Assembly (NCBI GenBank): GCA_038867615.1
Contig: JAWBYA010000002.1
Location: 224,001-288,000 of the forward strand
Length of the DNA: 64,000 nt
Source of the DNA: Sulfolobales archaeon
Lineage (GTDB): Archaea; Thermoproteota; Thermoprotei_A; Sulfolobales; AG1
Reading direction: 5' to 3'
Below are positions 10,673-21,737 of the stretch, piece after piece. Positions within the stretch are counted from its first letter, which is position 1; each line of letters begins with the position of its first letter. A model generated the notes under the pieces. That model searched no databases, was not told where the DNA came from, and was given only the letters and a program-made list of their open reading frames with translations. The position numbers and the translations under genes were made by a program.

Positions 10673-11475
10673 GAGAGATAGTTGTTATAAAGATTGGTGG
10701 AAGAACTCTTGAGAGGAATCTAGACGGACTGGTTGAAAGCATAACTAGGGCCTCGAGATGTGGGAAGATCATATTGATCCACGGTGGAGGAGATCAGGTG
10801 ACAAGGGTGAGCAAAGCACTCGGTATAGAGCCTAGGTTTGTAACATCGCCCCAAGGGATTAGGAGTAGATATACCTCTAAGGAGGAGCTAGAAGTCTTCA
10901 TAATGGTTATGTCCCTGATCAATAAGAGCATCGTTACCTCCCTAGTAAAGAGGGGGGTTAGGGCTATCGGTATAGCTGGGTGTGACGGACCTATACTAGA
11001 GGGTGTGAGGAAGAAACAGCTTGTCATAATCGATGAGAGGGGTAGGAAGAGGGTTATAGAGGGCGGCTATACTGGGAGTATAGGGAGATGCCATAGGGAG
11101 AGGTTATTAGAGTTACTAAAGATCTCAGACGTGGTGGTAGTATCACCCCTAGCAATAGATATAGAGGAAGGCGTGCTCCTAAACGTAGATGGCGATGAAG
11201 CCGCAGCCTCTATAGCAAGGTGTGTAGAGGCGAAGGGAGCTATCTTTGTAACAGACGTCCCCGGAGTTATAATAGATGGTAACGTTGTTAAGGAGATAAG
11301 GGAGAGTGATAAGGAGATCCTAAACAAGATCGGTGCTGGGATGAATAGAAAGGTTATGGCAGCCATGAAATACGTGGGAGAGAGTGGTGGTAAGGCATAT
11401 ATATGTGATGGGACATCAGGAGACGTCTTTGAAAAGGCTCTCAATGGGGAGTGCACAGTAATAGCCAAGGGCTAG
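10645..11475 (+). CDS. lysZ: [LysW]-aminoadipate kinase (ArgB family)
   Basis: IKIGG, IHGGG, SRYT, NVDGD; the start may lie about 30 nt downstream. Confidence 0.92.
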   Translation: MDTPNQACLGEIVVIKIGGRTLERNLDGLVESITRASRCGKIILIHGGGDQVTRVSKALGIEPRFVTSPQGIRSRYTSKEELEVFIMVMSLINKSIVTSLVKRGVRAIGIAGCDGPILEGVRKKQLVIIDERGRKRVIEGGYTGSIGRCHRERLLELLKISDVVVVSPLAIDIEEGVLLNVDGDEAAASIARCVEAKGAIFVTDVPGVIIDGNVVKEIRESDKEILNKIGAGMNRKVMAAMKYVGESGGKAYICDGTSGDVFEKALNGECTVIAKG

Positions 11476-12098
11476 CCTTGTGCTAATGATCTCAAGAGAT
11501 TCTCCACATACCTCCATGTATCGCTAACAACAAGCTCGAGAGGTCTCCTAGCATCTATAAGCACCAGCTCCCCCCTCCTAACCAGCTCGAGATATATTCT
11601 CCTCGCAGCCTCTAGAAGCCCTTTCTTCTCATAGAAACCCCACCTCCCCGTGGTTCTGATCCTCTTTAAACCCTCCTCAGGCTCTATATCTAGATATATA
11701 GCTAGATCTGGTTTTGGAAAAGCATTGTTTATAATCCTCAGCCACTCCGTATCAACACCCATAGCCCCTTGATAGGCTATCGTGCTATAGTAGTATCTAT
11801 CCATAACAACAACCTCGCCCCTCTCCATGGCAGGCTTAACAACAACCTCAACATGGTATGCCCTATCACAAGCCATTGCAAGAGCGTCTATCAACGGATT
11901 ATCGATAGACTTTTCCTTAACCCTCACAAGAGCCTCAGCAAAAGGGCTCTCATAGGGCTCGTACGTATAGATAGCCCTATAACCCCTCGAGACAAGCATT
12001 CTAGTGATCTCCCTAGCAACAGTGGTTTTCCCAGCACCGTCTATCCCCTCTATAACTATGAGAACCCCTTCCACACTAAGCCCGAGATGGAGTAGCAA
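11472..12098 (-). CDS. tmk: Thymidylate kinase
   Basis: IEGIDGAGKTT P-loop, DRYYYSTIAYQG. Confidence 0.95.
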   Translation of the reverse strand: MLLHLGLSVEGVLIVIEGIDGAGKTTVAREITRMLVSRGYRAIYTYEPYESPFAEALVRVKEKSIDNPLIDALAMACDRAYHVEVVVKPAMERGEVVVMDRYYYSTIAYQGAMGVDTEWLRIINNAFPKPDLAIYLDIEPEEGLKRIRTTGRWGFYEKKGLLEAARRIYLELVRRGELVLIDARRPLELVVSDTWRYVENLLRSLAQG

Positions 12099-12293
12099 TG
12101 GGAGATATATAGCATTAGCATTTCATAATCGATACTGCTTAGCAATGTAGTAAGGATTAGGAACATGAGTTCTGCTTCGTCACCAGGTAAGGCTCTGTTT
12201 TTGGATTGTTACCCAAACCCTCTATCACTTTGATAAGAATAACATGTATATGCGAACTTATATCAATCTTAATAGTTATCTCTTTAGGGATAG

Positions 12294-15002
12294 TTGTTGA
12301 GAAGCCCCTCAACGCTAAGGGATCTTGCGAGGTCTGAATTAGAGGTTGGTTCGAGAAAATATAGATATTACAGCATCCCGGCCCTCGAGAAAGAGGGCTA
12401 CGATATTGCAAGACTCCCGGCTAGCCTTAGAATAATCCTGGAATCGATGATCAGGAACTATGATGGTGTCTCCATATCAGACGAGGATATAGAGAATCTC
12501 CTTAAATGGAACCCAAAGAGCCCCAGCGGTGAGATCGCATTCAAAGTGGCCAGGGTTATTACCCAGGATTTCACGGGCGCCTCTCTGATACTAGATCTGG
12601 CCGTGATGAGGGAGTATGTTACAAAGATAGGTATCGATCCTGCAGAGGTTAATCCAAAAGTACCTGTAGACCTGATAATAGATCACTCTGTACAGGTTGA
12701 TTTCTGGGGATCTCCGGAATCGCTTAGAAGAAACATAGAGCTCGAGTTTACGAGAAACTCAGAAAGATACAGGCTATTCAAATGGGCTGCAACAACATTT
12801 AAGAACTTCAGGGTCTTCCCCCCAGGTATAGGGATCATACATCAGGTTAACCTAGAATACCTATCAAAGGTAGTCATAGCTGAGGAGACGAGGGAGGGTT
12901 ATATAGCATACTTCGACACACTGATTGGTACGGATTCACATACACCCATGGTTAACGGAGTAGGCGTCCTAGGATGGGGTGTCGGGGGTGTTGAGGCTGA
13001 GGCCGCTATGCTGGGCCAGCCGGTCATAATACCCCTACCCGAGGTTGTTGGGGTTCATCTCTACGGAGAGCTTAGAGAAGGTGTTACAGCAACAGATCTT
13101 GTCCTAACAATCACAGAGCTTCTTAGAAAGAAGAATGTTGTTGGTAAGTTCGTCGAGTTCTTCGGAGAAGGTGTTTCATCGCTCTCGGTTCCAGATAGGG
13201 CTACTATAGCTAATATGGCTCCTGAGTATGGCTCCACATTATCCCTCTTCCCAGTGGATGAGGAGACTATAAGGTATCTCAGGCTCACAGGAAGACCTGA
13301 AGATCATATAGCCCTTGTTAAGAAATACATGGAGATCCAAGGGCTCTTCGGCTCCCGCAGCGGTGATGGGATAGAGTATTCCGAGGTTGTGGAGCTCGAT
13401 CTAAGCTCTGTCGAGCCAAGCATCGCGGGACCCTCCCTCCCCTGGCAGAGACTGGGATTGGCTGATGTTCCCAAGAGCTTTGCTAAATTTGTTGAGGAGA
13501 GGAGAAAGAAGCCGGGCTTTCTAGAAAAGAGGGTTAGCATCGATGGCGAAGAGATAACCCTAAAGGATGGCGATGTTGTGATCGCTGCTATAACAAGCTG
13601 CACCAACACAAGCAACCCAGAGGTAATGATCGGTGCTGGATTGGTAGCAAAGAAGGCAGCCGAGCTCGGCCTCTCGATACCTAAGTATGTTAAGACAAGC
13701 ATAGCCCCCGGCTCTAGGGTTGTTACAGAGTATCTCTCAAGATCAGGCCTGCTAGCGTATTTAGAAAAGCTCGGTTTCAGCGTCGTTGGGTATGGGTGTA
13801 CAACGTGTATAGGTAACTCAGGCCCGCTGCCAGAAGGGATCTCTAACGCCCTCTCTAAAGACGGGATCATGGGTGTCGCTGTGCTCTCAGGCAACAGGAA
13901 CTTCGAGGGGAGGGTTCACCCAGATGTAAGGGCTAGCTATCTCATGTCACCAATGCTCGTCGTAGTCTATGCTCTTGCTGGGAGTGTTAATAAAGATCTA
14001 TCTAGAGAGCCCATAGCCGTAACACCCAACGGTCCTGTTTATCTCAAATCCATATGGCCCAGCAGGAAGGAGATAATCGAGATCATGGATCGATATGTGA
14101 AGCCTGAGCTCTTCATAGAGAAATACTCAAAGATCTATGAGGATGCTCCAGAGGCTTGGAAGAAGCTCGAAGCACCCAAGGGAGTGCTCTACGAGTGGGA
14201 TCCAAAGAGCACCTATATCAAGAGACCACCCTTCCTAGACGACTTTAGACCAGATAGAGAGCCTGTTATAGAGGATATCATAGACGCAAGACCCCTACTA
14301 ATCCTAGGAGACTCTATAAGCACGGATCACATATCGCCAGCCGGGAGGATAGATCCAGAGAGCCCTGCGGGTAAATATCTATTAGAACAAGGGGTGAGCC
14401 CCAAGGAGTTCAACACCTACGGAGCTAGAAGGGGTAATCACGAGGTTATGGTTAGAGGAGCATTTGCAAACAAGGGTGTGAGGAACAAGATGCTCCAGGA
14501 CAAGGGTATAAGCGGTGGCTACACAATACACTACCCATCTGGAGAGATTATGAGTGTCTATGACGCAGCCATGAGGTATATGAGCGAAGGAGTCCCCCTA
14601 CTAATAATAGCTGGAAAGGAGTACGGCTTGGGCAGCTCTAGAGACTGGGCTGCGAGGGCCCCAAGACTCCTCGGTGTAAGGGCTGTTATTGCTGAGAGCT
14701 TCGAGAGGATACATAGATCCAACCTGGTTGGGATGGGCATAATACCCCTCCAGTTCCCCAAAGGCGTTAACGCAGACACACTTAAGCTCAGGGGAGACGA
14801 GCTATTCGACATAGTGGGGCTGAAGAACCTAACACCAAGAGGAAGAGTTACCATGGTTATCAAGAGACCTAATGGCGATAGAGAGACCGTTGAGCTTATA
14901 GCTAGAGTAGAGACCAAAGCCGAGATCGAGTATCTCAAATACGGAGGCATACTCCACTACGCTTTCATGAAAATGCTCGAAGAACTTAGAAAGGGCGCAT
15001 AG
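12294..15002 (+). CDS. acnA: Aconitate hydratase A
   Basis: QDFTG, DHSVQVD, ITSCTNTSNP, GYGCTTCIGNSG, GSSRDWAA. Confidence 0.97.
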   Translation: MLRSPSTLRDLARSELEVGSRKYRYYSIPALEKEGYDIARLPASLRIILESMIRNYDGVSISDEDIENLLKWNPKSPSGEIAFKVARVITQDFTGASLILDLAVMREYVTKIGIDPAEVNPKVPVDLIIDHSVQVDFWGSPESLRRNIELEFTRNSERYRLFKWAATTFKNFRVFPPGIGIIHQVNLEYLSKVVIAEETREGYIAYFDTLIGTDSHTPMVNGVGVLGWGVGGVEAEAAMLGQPVIIPLPEVVGVHLYGELREGVTATDLVLTITELLRKKNVVGKFVEFFGEGVSSLSVPDRATIANMAPEYGSTLSLFPVDEETIRYLRLTGRPEDHIALVKKYMEIQGLFGSRSGDGIEYSEVVELDLSSVEPSIAGPSLPWQRLGLADVPKSFAKFVEERRKKPGFLEKRVSIDGEEITLKDGDVVIAAITSCTNTSNPEVMIGAGLVAKKAAELGLSIPKYVKTSIAPGSRVVTEYLSRSGLLAYLEKLGFSVVGYGCTTCIGNSGPLPEGISNALSKDGIMGVAVLSGNRNFEGRVHPDVRASYLMSPMLVVVYALAGSVNKDLSREPIAVTPNGPVYLKSIWPSRKEIIEIMDRYVKPELFIEKYSKIYEDAPEAWKKLEAPKGVLYEWDPKSTYIKRPPFLDDFRPDREPVIEDIIDARPLLILGDSISTDHISPAGRIDPESPAGKYLLEQGVSPKEFNTYGARRGNHEVMVRGAFANKGVRNKMLQDKGISGGYTIHYPSGEIMSVYDAAMRYMSEGVPLLIIAGKEYGLGSSRDWAARAPRLLGVRAVIAESFERIHRSNLVGMGIIPLQFPKGVNADTLKLRGDELFDIVGLKNLTPRGRVTMVIKRPNGDRETVELIARVETKAEIEYLKYGGILHYAFMKMLEELRKGA

Positions 15003-15041
15003 TACTCTTTTTAATCTCCCCATAAACCCTATATCTAGGAG

Positions 15042-16256
15042 ATGAGAATGAGTTATAAAACAATTAGAGAGAGATCTCTGGAAGCCCTTAAGATCATAAG
15101 CAACTATATACATAGAACACCTCTCGATAAGAGCACAACGTTCTCAAGAATGTTTGGCGGAGAGGTGTATCTCAAATACGAAAACCTGCAGAAATCAGGC
15201 TCGTTCAAGGCTAGAGGAGCTCTCTATAAGATAAACAGGCTCTACCATCAAGGGGTTAGGGAGGTTGTAGCAGCATCCTCAGGGAACCATGCACAGGGTG
15301 TTGCCTACGCAGCATCGATATACGGTGTGAAAGCAACCATATTCATGCCCGAGACAGCCCCCATAGCAAAGGTAGAGGCTACTAAGGGCTACGGGGCTGA
15401 AGTGATCCTCAGGGGGAGGGTATTTGACGAGGCTTATGAGAGTGCGGCTAGCTATTCGAAAGAGAGGGGTGCTGCCTTTATCCACCCATTCAACGATCTA
15501 GATATAATAGCTGGGCAGGGAACAATAGCACTGGAACTAATGGAACAGATCAGCAGCTTCGACATAGTGCTAGTCCCAGTAGGTGGGGGAGGTCTTATCT
15601 CAGGCATAGCCTCGGTGTTAAAGGAGTCTGGGAGAAATGTGAAGGTCATAGGGATCGAGCCCGAGGCAGCGCCCAAATTCAAAGAATCCCTCAGGCTTGG
15701 AAGGATCACTGAGGTGCCTGTAACCCCCTCACTAGCCGATGGGCTTCTAGCCAAGAAGCCTGGTGATATAACATTCGATCTTGTTAAGAAATATGTGGAC
15801 GATATAGTAACAGTCTCCGAAGACTCCATAGCCAGGGCTATGTATCTGCTTATGCAGAGAAACAAGATCGTAGCCGAGGGTTCCGGGGCTATTGGACTAG
15901 CAGCTCTGCTAGAGGGTAAGGTTAATATTGAGGGTAAGAGGTGTATTGCGATCATAAGTGGTGGTAATGTGGATCTAACGGATCTTTATAGAATAATAAT
16001 GAGGGGTCTCACAGCCGAGGGAAGAATGATCGAGTTTTCAGTAGAGCTCGTAGACGCTCCAGGAGAGCTTAAGAGGGTTTTGGAGGTTATATACGAGTAT
16101 AGAGGCAACATCGTTGAGATAACCCACAAGAGAGGGGGGAGGGATATAGCACCTGGGAGAGCCATAGTGGGCTTGGTAGTCGAAATCCCATCAAAAGACA
16201 TCGGGGATAAGATCACATCAACCCTCTCCTCAAAAGGATATAAAGTTACGAGGTGA
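15042..16256 (+). CDS. ilvA: Threonine ammonia-lyase with C-terminal ACT domain
   Basis: KYENLQKSGSFKARG, SSGNHAQG, VGGGGLISG, ACT-like tail. Confidence 0.9.
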   Translation: MRMSYKTIRERSLEALKIISNYIHRTPLDKSTTFSRMFGGEVYLKYENLQKSGSFKARGALYKINRLYHQGVREVVAASSGNHAQGVAYAASIYGVKATIFMPETAPIAKVEATKGYGAEVILRGRVFDEAYESAASYSKERGAAFIHPFNDLDIIAGQGTIALELMEQISSFDIVLVPVGGGGLISGIASVLKESGRNVKVIGIEPEAAPKFKESLRLGRITEVPVTPSLADGLLAKKPGDITFDLVKKYVDDIVTVSEDSIARAMYLLMQRNKIVAEGSGAIGLAALLEGKVNIEGKRCIAIISGGNVDLTDLYRIIMRGLTAEGRMIEFSVELVDAPGELKRVLEVIYEYRGNIVEITHKRGGRDIAPGRAIVGLVVEIPSKDIGDKITSTLSSKGYKVTR

Positions 16257-16615
16257 CGAGAATCAAGCCCTCAAGAGATCCTGGAGCAGGGATCTTTAGG
16301 GTTTCTTTCGAGATCCTCTTTAACAGCCCGCAGGAGCTTATAGATCTTCTCTCAGAGCTTGAGAAGAGGATCAGGAGTAAGTGGGGCGGCAGCCCCCATC
16401 TATCCTCATCCTCACTCCTATGGGGCTCTGGCAGCGAGATGGTTAGGATAGCCTTCTCAGAGCAGATCGAGAGGGGAGGGTTATCAATAACCCCTGGGCT
16501 TCTCAGAGCATCTGGCGTTATTGAGTGCGTCTCCTCCGATAGATGTGTTGAGATCTATGAAGAGATCTATGAGACTACGAGGCTTAAGAATCTGAGGATC
16601 CGGCTAACCATATAG
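16253..16615 (+). CDS. Hypothetical protein
   Basis: 120-aa ORF overlapping the ilvA stop (GTGA coupling). Confidence 0.65.
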   Translation: MTRIKPSRDPGAGIFRVSFEILFNSPQELIDLLSELEKRIRSKWGGSPHLSSSSLLWGSGSEMVRIAFSEQIERGGLSITPGLLRASGVIECVSSDRCVEIYEEIYETTRLKNLRIRLTI

Positions 16616-16628
16616 CAGCCTCTTTCTC

Positions 16629-17444
16629 CTAGATTTTCTCTAGAATCTCTATATCCTCGGCGCCAAGTCTCCAGCCCATAGATCCTCTGAATTCCTCAAC
16701 CCTTTCAACCCTCTCTGTTTTTGGTATAGCCATAACCATTGGTCTCGATATAAGATAGTTGAGAGCAACCTGTATGGGTGTTTTACCATATTTCTTTGCT
16801 ATAGAGACCACGGTCTCGTTTTTCGCAACACCTCCCCATTCGAGGGGTGTGTAGGCCTGGATCAGGATCTTGTTTTCTATCGAGAACCCCAGGAGATCCT
16901 TCTCTACTTGCTTGTCAAGCACGCTGTATTTCACCTGGTTAGCCACTATCTCGTGCTTTTTAGTAGCCCTTATGGCTCTTGATAGGTTCTCTACTCCAAA
17001 GTTACTCACACCAATGAATCTAGCCATGCCAGCCTCTACCGTTGCCTCTAGAAACTGGATCTGTTTCTCTATAGAGATGCCAGGCCTTGGCCAATGGATC
17101 AATACTAGATCTACGTAACTCGTTCCAAGCCTTCTAAGGCTAGCCTCAAGAGCCTTAATAACCTTAGACTGATCCGAGAACCTGTCTGGAAGGATCTTGG
17201 TTACGATAAACACCCTATCCCTACCAATAATCCTACACACTCTACCAACAAGCTTCTCAGCCTCGCCATTGGCATACATCTCAGCAGTATCTATCAAATT
17301 CATCCCAACCTCGACAGCCCTAATAAGTGCGGTCTCGGCCATTGAGTAACTGTTTATTCTCCAAGTCCCTATCCCGATCGCGGGAACCGTCTCGCCGGTT
17401 CTTCCGAGGGGCTTCCTATCATTAGGATCTATCTGGAACCTCAT
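16629..17444 (-). CDS. Aldo/keto reductase
   Basis: IGIGTW, IDTAEMY, LIHWP, IGVSNF, AIPK. Confidence 0.93.
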   Translation of the reverse strand: MRFQIDPNDRKPLGRTGETVPAIGIGTWRINSYSMAETALIRAVEVGMNLIDTAEMYANGEAEKLVGRVCRIIGRDRVFIVTKILPDRFSDQSKVIKALEASLRRLGTSYVDLVLIHWPRPGISIEKQIQFLEATVEAGMARFIGVSNFGVENLSRAIRATKKHEIVANQVKYSVLDKQVEKDLLGFSIENKILIQAYTPLEWGGVAKNETVVSIAKKYGKTPIQVALNYLISRPMVMAIPKTERVERVEEFRGSMGWRLGAEDIEILEKI

Positions 17445-17792
17445 AGACCCTATCCAATATGATCCATAGTACTGTGAGTAATATATTTATGTTGTGTGTT
17501 GCATACACCTCGATATTTATGACGATTTTTGACAACGACTGCATAACTATATCAATCCAAAAGGGCTTATCATTCACAAATCGATCTTATTCCAACAATC
17601 CCAGGGAACATGGAATCTTTAAAAGCCATTGCGTTTATCATCAACCCTAGGTATCAAAGAGAAGTTTTTCACAAATGTTTGAGAAAATGCATTTTTAACT
17701 CACTATAGATTGCGAAAGTTTTTTGTACCTAGCATTTAGCACGTGTCTTTTAAAAAGTGTTATTAAGCCCGGGTATTTCTATATAACGGTAG

Positions 17793-19031
17793 ATGGTGAT
17801 AAAGGACTACAGCAAGATCTGGGTATGGCTTTTCCTGGATATCTATCTACCCTCGATAATAATGGCTATAGCTAGGGGTATGTTAACAATAACCCTTCCC
17901 CTCTATCTCATCTCAGCAGGTCTGGATCCCGTCTATGTAGGGCTTGGCAGCGCATCTATAGCTCTAGGCAACCTGTTGCTAGATATCCCTGGAGGAGTTA
18001 TCCTCAGGATCACGGGTGAGAAGATCTTTACAAGGATCTCGATGATCGTGTTATCCCTATCATCGCTGGGGATGGTGTTTCTCCAACACCCATGGATCCT
18101 CGTAATGCTCTCCATAATCTTCGGCGGTGGGAGGAGCATGTGGCTCCTTGCTAGAAGATATGTGATAACATATTACGTAGAGTACCAGTATAGGGGAAGA
18201 GCATCCTCTTTCATAGGCATGTCGGAGAGGCTTGGAACATTTATAGGACCGGGGATAGTTGCGTTAGTGATCGATAGGCTCGGCTATCCATGGGTATTCC
18301 TAACATGTTTCACGCTAACAGTAATAGCCGGCATGCTTAACATAGCCGCATCGAGATTACCCATGCCAGGAAATAGAATCGATAGCGAAATAGAGGCAAG
18401 GCATAGATACCACGCACAGGATCTTGCAGCAAGTCAGAACCAGCCTGGATTGCTATCCCTCGCAGCATTCTCAGTAGCCCAGATAGCTGTTCAGGGTGTT
18501 AGATCTAGTAGGAACCTGCTGGTCCCGATCATAGGTAAAGGGATCGGGATGAGCGACAGCAGCGTGAGCCTAGCAGTAAGCATCTCAGGAGCCCTCGACG
18601 TGCTCAGCTCATACCCAGCTGGCGTTATAATGGATAAGAAGGGGAGGCATGTTGCGGTGATGATCAGCTTCTCAATAATGGCTATAGGCTTCCTCCTCCT
18701 AGCTATAACCAATAACGAGACCCTCTTCTACGCATCAGTACTCACAATAGGTTTTGGAAACGGTTTCGGCTCAGGTACAATGATAACCATGGGCGCCGAT
18801 ATTGTATCGAGGATGAGGAGCGATAGAGGAGCAATATTCCTAGCCATATGGCAGTTCATAGGAGACCTTGGGAGCGCCGTATTTCCAATATCAATAGGGC
18901 TGGCGATATCGATCTGGGGAGTATCGGTCTCAAGCACCGTTATATCGGCCATATCAACATCTATAGTTATAGCCTTCAGAACAGCGATAAGCGATAAGAT
19001 CCGTAGAACGGCACAACCCCGCCAAGGTTAG
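17793..19031 (+). CDS. MFS transporter
   Basis: About 12 hydrophobic segments; GVIMDKKGR motif-A-like loop. Confidence 0.88.
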   Translation: MVIKDYSKIWVWLFLDIYLPSIIMAIARGMLTITLPLYLISAGLDPVYVGLGSASIALGNLLLDIPGGVILRITGEKIFTRISMIVLSLSSLGMVFLQHPWILVMLSIIFGGGRSMWLLARRYVITYYVEYQYRGRASSFIGMSERLGTFIGPGIVALVIDRLGYPWVFLTCFTLTVIAGMLNIAASRLPMPGNRIDSEIEARHRYHAQDLAASQNQPGLLSLAAFSVAQIAVQGVRSSRNLLVPIIGKGIGMSDSSVSLAVSISGALDVLSSYPAGVIMDKKGRHVAVMISFSIMAIGFLLLAITNNETLFYASVLTIGFGNGFGSGTMITMGADIVSRMRSDRGAIFLAIWQFIGDLGSAVFPISIGLAISIWGVSVSSTVISAISTSIVIAFRTAISDKIRRTAQPRQG

Positions 19032-19177
19032 ATTCACTGCCCCACAACACTTAGTTCCGAGATTACTAGTATATCTCCAACGACAGAGAGGCGAGTGTTA
19101 AAAACCTCTTTATATAAACCCATATCATGTGTGGGGCAGATATGATTTGTAAATGCTGACCAACTCTAGTTTGTGTA

Positions 19178-20428
19178 TCATCTGGCCCTGCTCTCGTATT
19201 GTTCAAATAGGAGGTAGAATGTTAGGGCAGACGCTAGGATTATTGAGCCGGCTAGGTAGAATGGAGATTCTAGCGATACATTTGACATAAGAAAACCCGT
19301 TACTGCTGGCATGGCTGCGCCTGATAGCCCTGTTGTTAGCGCCAGTATGCTCGAGGCTGATGCTCTTTCTGAGGGGTCTACGAGGCCTAGTATGAAGGAT
19401 CTTATTATTGGAGAGGGTATGTTGATCAAGATCCTCATGGCCATGTATATAACGCTCACAGCAAGGAAAGAAGGTATCAGGGGTATTGATGCAAGCATAG
19501 CTGCTGCGGCGCTCTGGGTAAACACCACAGTACCTATGGTGCCAAACCTCTTAGTAATGGCTGGGGATGCTAGGAAGGATATACCCAGTATGGCTTGGGA
19601 TATTGCGTAGGGTATTGATATAAGGCCCTCCTCCACGGAGAACCTCTTATATAGCCATAGTGAGAGTAGCGATGGTGCCAAGAGACCTGTACCCATAAAC
19701 AGCATTCCAACATATAACGTACTCCTCAGGATCACATTATAGGATCTCGTTGGAGGTTTTAGAAGAGCCCTACTACCTCCACTAGGGTTATGCCCCCCCA
19801 CCTTGAGCATGAGCATCAGTATAGATGCGATCGCAAGCGAAACTGATGATAGCATGAAGATCGGGTGGTAAGACACGGTCTCTCCAAACCCATAGGTTCT
19901 GAGGATATTGGGTACCCCTCCAGCCAGGAACCCTATGATACCCGTCAGTGTCGTTATCGATGCAGCTATGCTGAAAACCAGATTCCTCTTCTCAGGAGTA
20001 GGGGCTGAGTCTGCTAAAAGGGCTGTTACAGAGCCTCCGTAGAGCGCGCTCCCCAAACCACCTATACCTGATATTACTAAGAGGTAGTATAGGTTAACCG
20101 GATATATATAGCCTGCGAGGGACACTGCTCCAATAGCTAATCCTAACGCAGAGATCTTCTTCCTGCTCACTGCATCAGCAATCATACCCCCAGGGAGTAG
20201 CATGAGCGTTGTCACTATCGGGGATACTGTCAATATCAACCCTATATCAACCTCACTATACCCAGCCTTCGACAGATATATTGCTAGAATAACGCTCTGG
20301 GCATTAACAGCTATCGATACAAAGGCCTGTGCAGCTATCACTAACTTTGGATCCGGGTCTAGCGCTATATAAGCCGCAAAGGCCCTCGATATAGATGAGA
20401 AAGCCCTTAGAAGTGGGTTTCTTGACAT
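19178..20428 (-). CDS. MFS transporter
   Basis: About 12 TM segments; GMIADAVSRK motif A. Confidence 0.88.
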   Translation of the reverse strand: MSRNPLLRAFSSISRAFAAYIALDPDPKLVIAAQAFVSIAVNAQSVILAIYLSKAGYSEVDIGLILTVSPIVTTLMLLPGGMIADAVSRKKISALGLAIGAVSLAGYIYPVNLYYLLVISGIGGLGSALYGGSVTALLADSAPTPEKRNLVFSIAASITTLTGIIGFLAGGVPNILRTYGFGETVSYHPIFMLSSVSLAIASILMLMLKVGGHNPSGGSRALLKPPTRSYNVILRSTLYVGMLFMGTGLLAPSLLSLWLYKRFSVEEGLISIPYAISQAILGISFLASPAITKRFGTIGTVVFTQSAAAAMLASIPLIPSFLAVSVIYMAMRILINIPSPIIRSFILGLVDPSERASASSILALTTGLSGAAMPAVTGFLMSNVSLESPFYLAGSIILASALTFYLLFEQYESRAR

Positions 20429-20686
20429 GACCCTGGCTATACTTTTTCACATCAATTATATATTACACGCTAGATCGTTGAGATCATCTCATAAACATAT
20501 ACATAGGTTGTAATATACCACACGTTATTTACAAGCGAAAATGCGATAAGGCATGGTAGCGATTCTATGTATCATCCAGACTACAGATTGGCCGTGCTAT
20601 GAAACCTTAACCCGAACGAGGCCTCCCAAAGGAAGAAAGGAGTATTGTTTTAATTGCCAGAATTGCTATGATGCTTATGGGATGCG

Positions 20687-21469
20687 TTGTTGTATCTCGA
20701 TCTCTATTTCATTGCTGGCTATATAGCTGCTCTTGTAATGCTTATAATAACATCGTATATGGATCTTAAGACTAGAGAGATAGATCCTAGGGTCTGGATC
20801 CCCTTTGTCATAGTTGCTATAGTTATATTGATAGCTAGGTTCTCGATCAATTGGGATCCTGTTTCCACTATCTATTTACTGGTAAGTATGACACCACCCT
20901 TGATCCTTTTTGCGCTGAGCCTCTTAGGAATGATGGGTCTGGCAGACCCAATAGCCCTTGCTATAGTCTCTCTCCTCATCCCAGAGCCTCCCACAGGGCT
21001 TTTGCTCCCGCCGTCTATGGTGGTGCTTATAATAGCATCTATCCTTATGTTCTTCCTCCTAGTTATACCGATGCTCATAATCAACATACCCCGGCTAGGC
21101 CTCATCTCTAGGCACTGCGGTTCTAGATATCTAACAACAATCATAGCCCTCACAGGATTTCCTATGAGTGTTAGAGGTTTTCTAGGATCAAAGTTCCTCT
21201 ACCCATTAATATATCCATCCCTGAACGAGGGAAGAATACAGTGGATCTGTAGATGGTCCTTCGAGATAGAGGAGGATCCAAAAACACATAGAGAAGCAAT
21301 AGCCATGCTCTTAGAGAAGGGGTATGTGAGCGAGAGGGAGACTATATATGTCACGTGGGGAGTACCATACCTGGTATTCTTGCTACTAGGAGTACTGCTA
21401 TACCCACTAGCAGCAGGCTGGGTTGAGGAGCTTATCAAAAGCCTAACTATGTTGCTCCGGGCTTCGTGA
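20687..21469 (+). CDS. A24 prepilin/prearchaellin peptidase (PibD/FlaK-like)
   Basis: SYMDLKTREID and GLAD aspartates; C-terminal YVTWGVPYL. Confidence 0.85.
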   Translation: MLYLDLYFIAGYIAALVMLIITSYMDLKTREIDPRVWIPFVIVAIVILIARFSINWDPVSTIYLLVSMTPPLILFALSLLGMMGLADPIALAIVSLLIPEPPTGLLLPPSMVVLIIASILMFFLLVIPMLIINIPRLGLISRHCGSRYLTTIIALTGFPMSVRGFLGSKFLYPLIYPSLNEGRIQWICRWSFEIEEDPKTHREAIAMLLEKGYVSERETIYVTWGVPYLVFLLLGVLLYPLAAGWVEELIKSLTMLLRAS

Positions 21470-21737
21470 CTGTGTGATTCTCCTCATTATGCATTATGAT
21501 TTATAGAAGTATAGATCTAAACCCTAGAATACCATTACAAAAGTACTGCCCACGATATAATCGCTATGACGACCAGGGCAGGGATAATGGGGGCTTTTCA
21601 ACAGAGCCTAGATCTTCAGCTTCGATACTTGAATAACTATAAATACATAGGTAATACGGATCCTGTGAGATACTGTTTTAGATCAAATGGGCTATTACTA
21701 AATAGGTTTTTCTCCAAACGATACTAAGGGGCTTCTC

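Noticed and set aside
20585-20630. GCTATGAAACCTTAACCCGAAC as a fourth copy of the omegaRNA-like element
   Set aside because: Only a weak resemblance to the ATGAAGCCCGAAC end; the upstream blocks and stems are absent.
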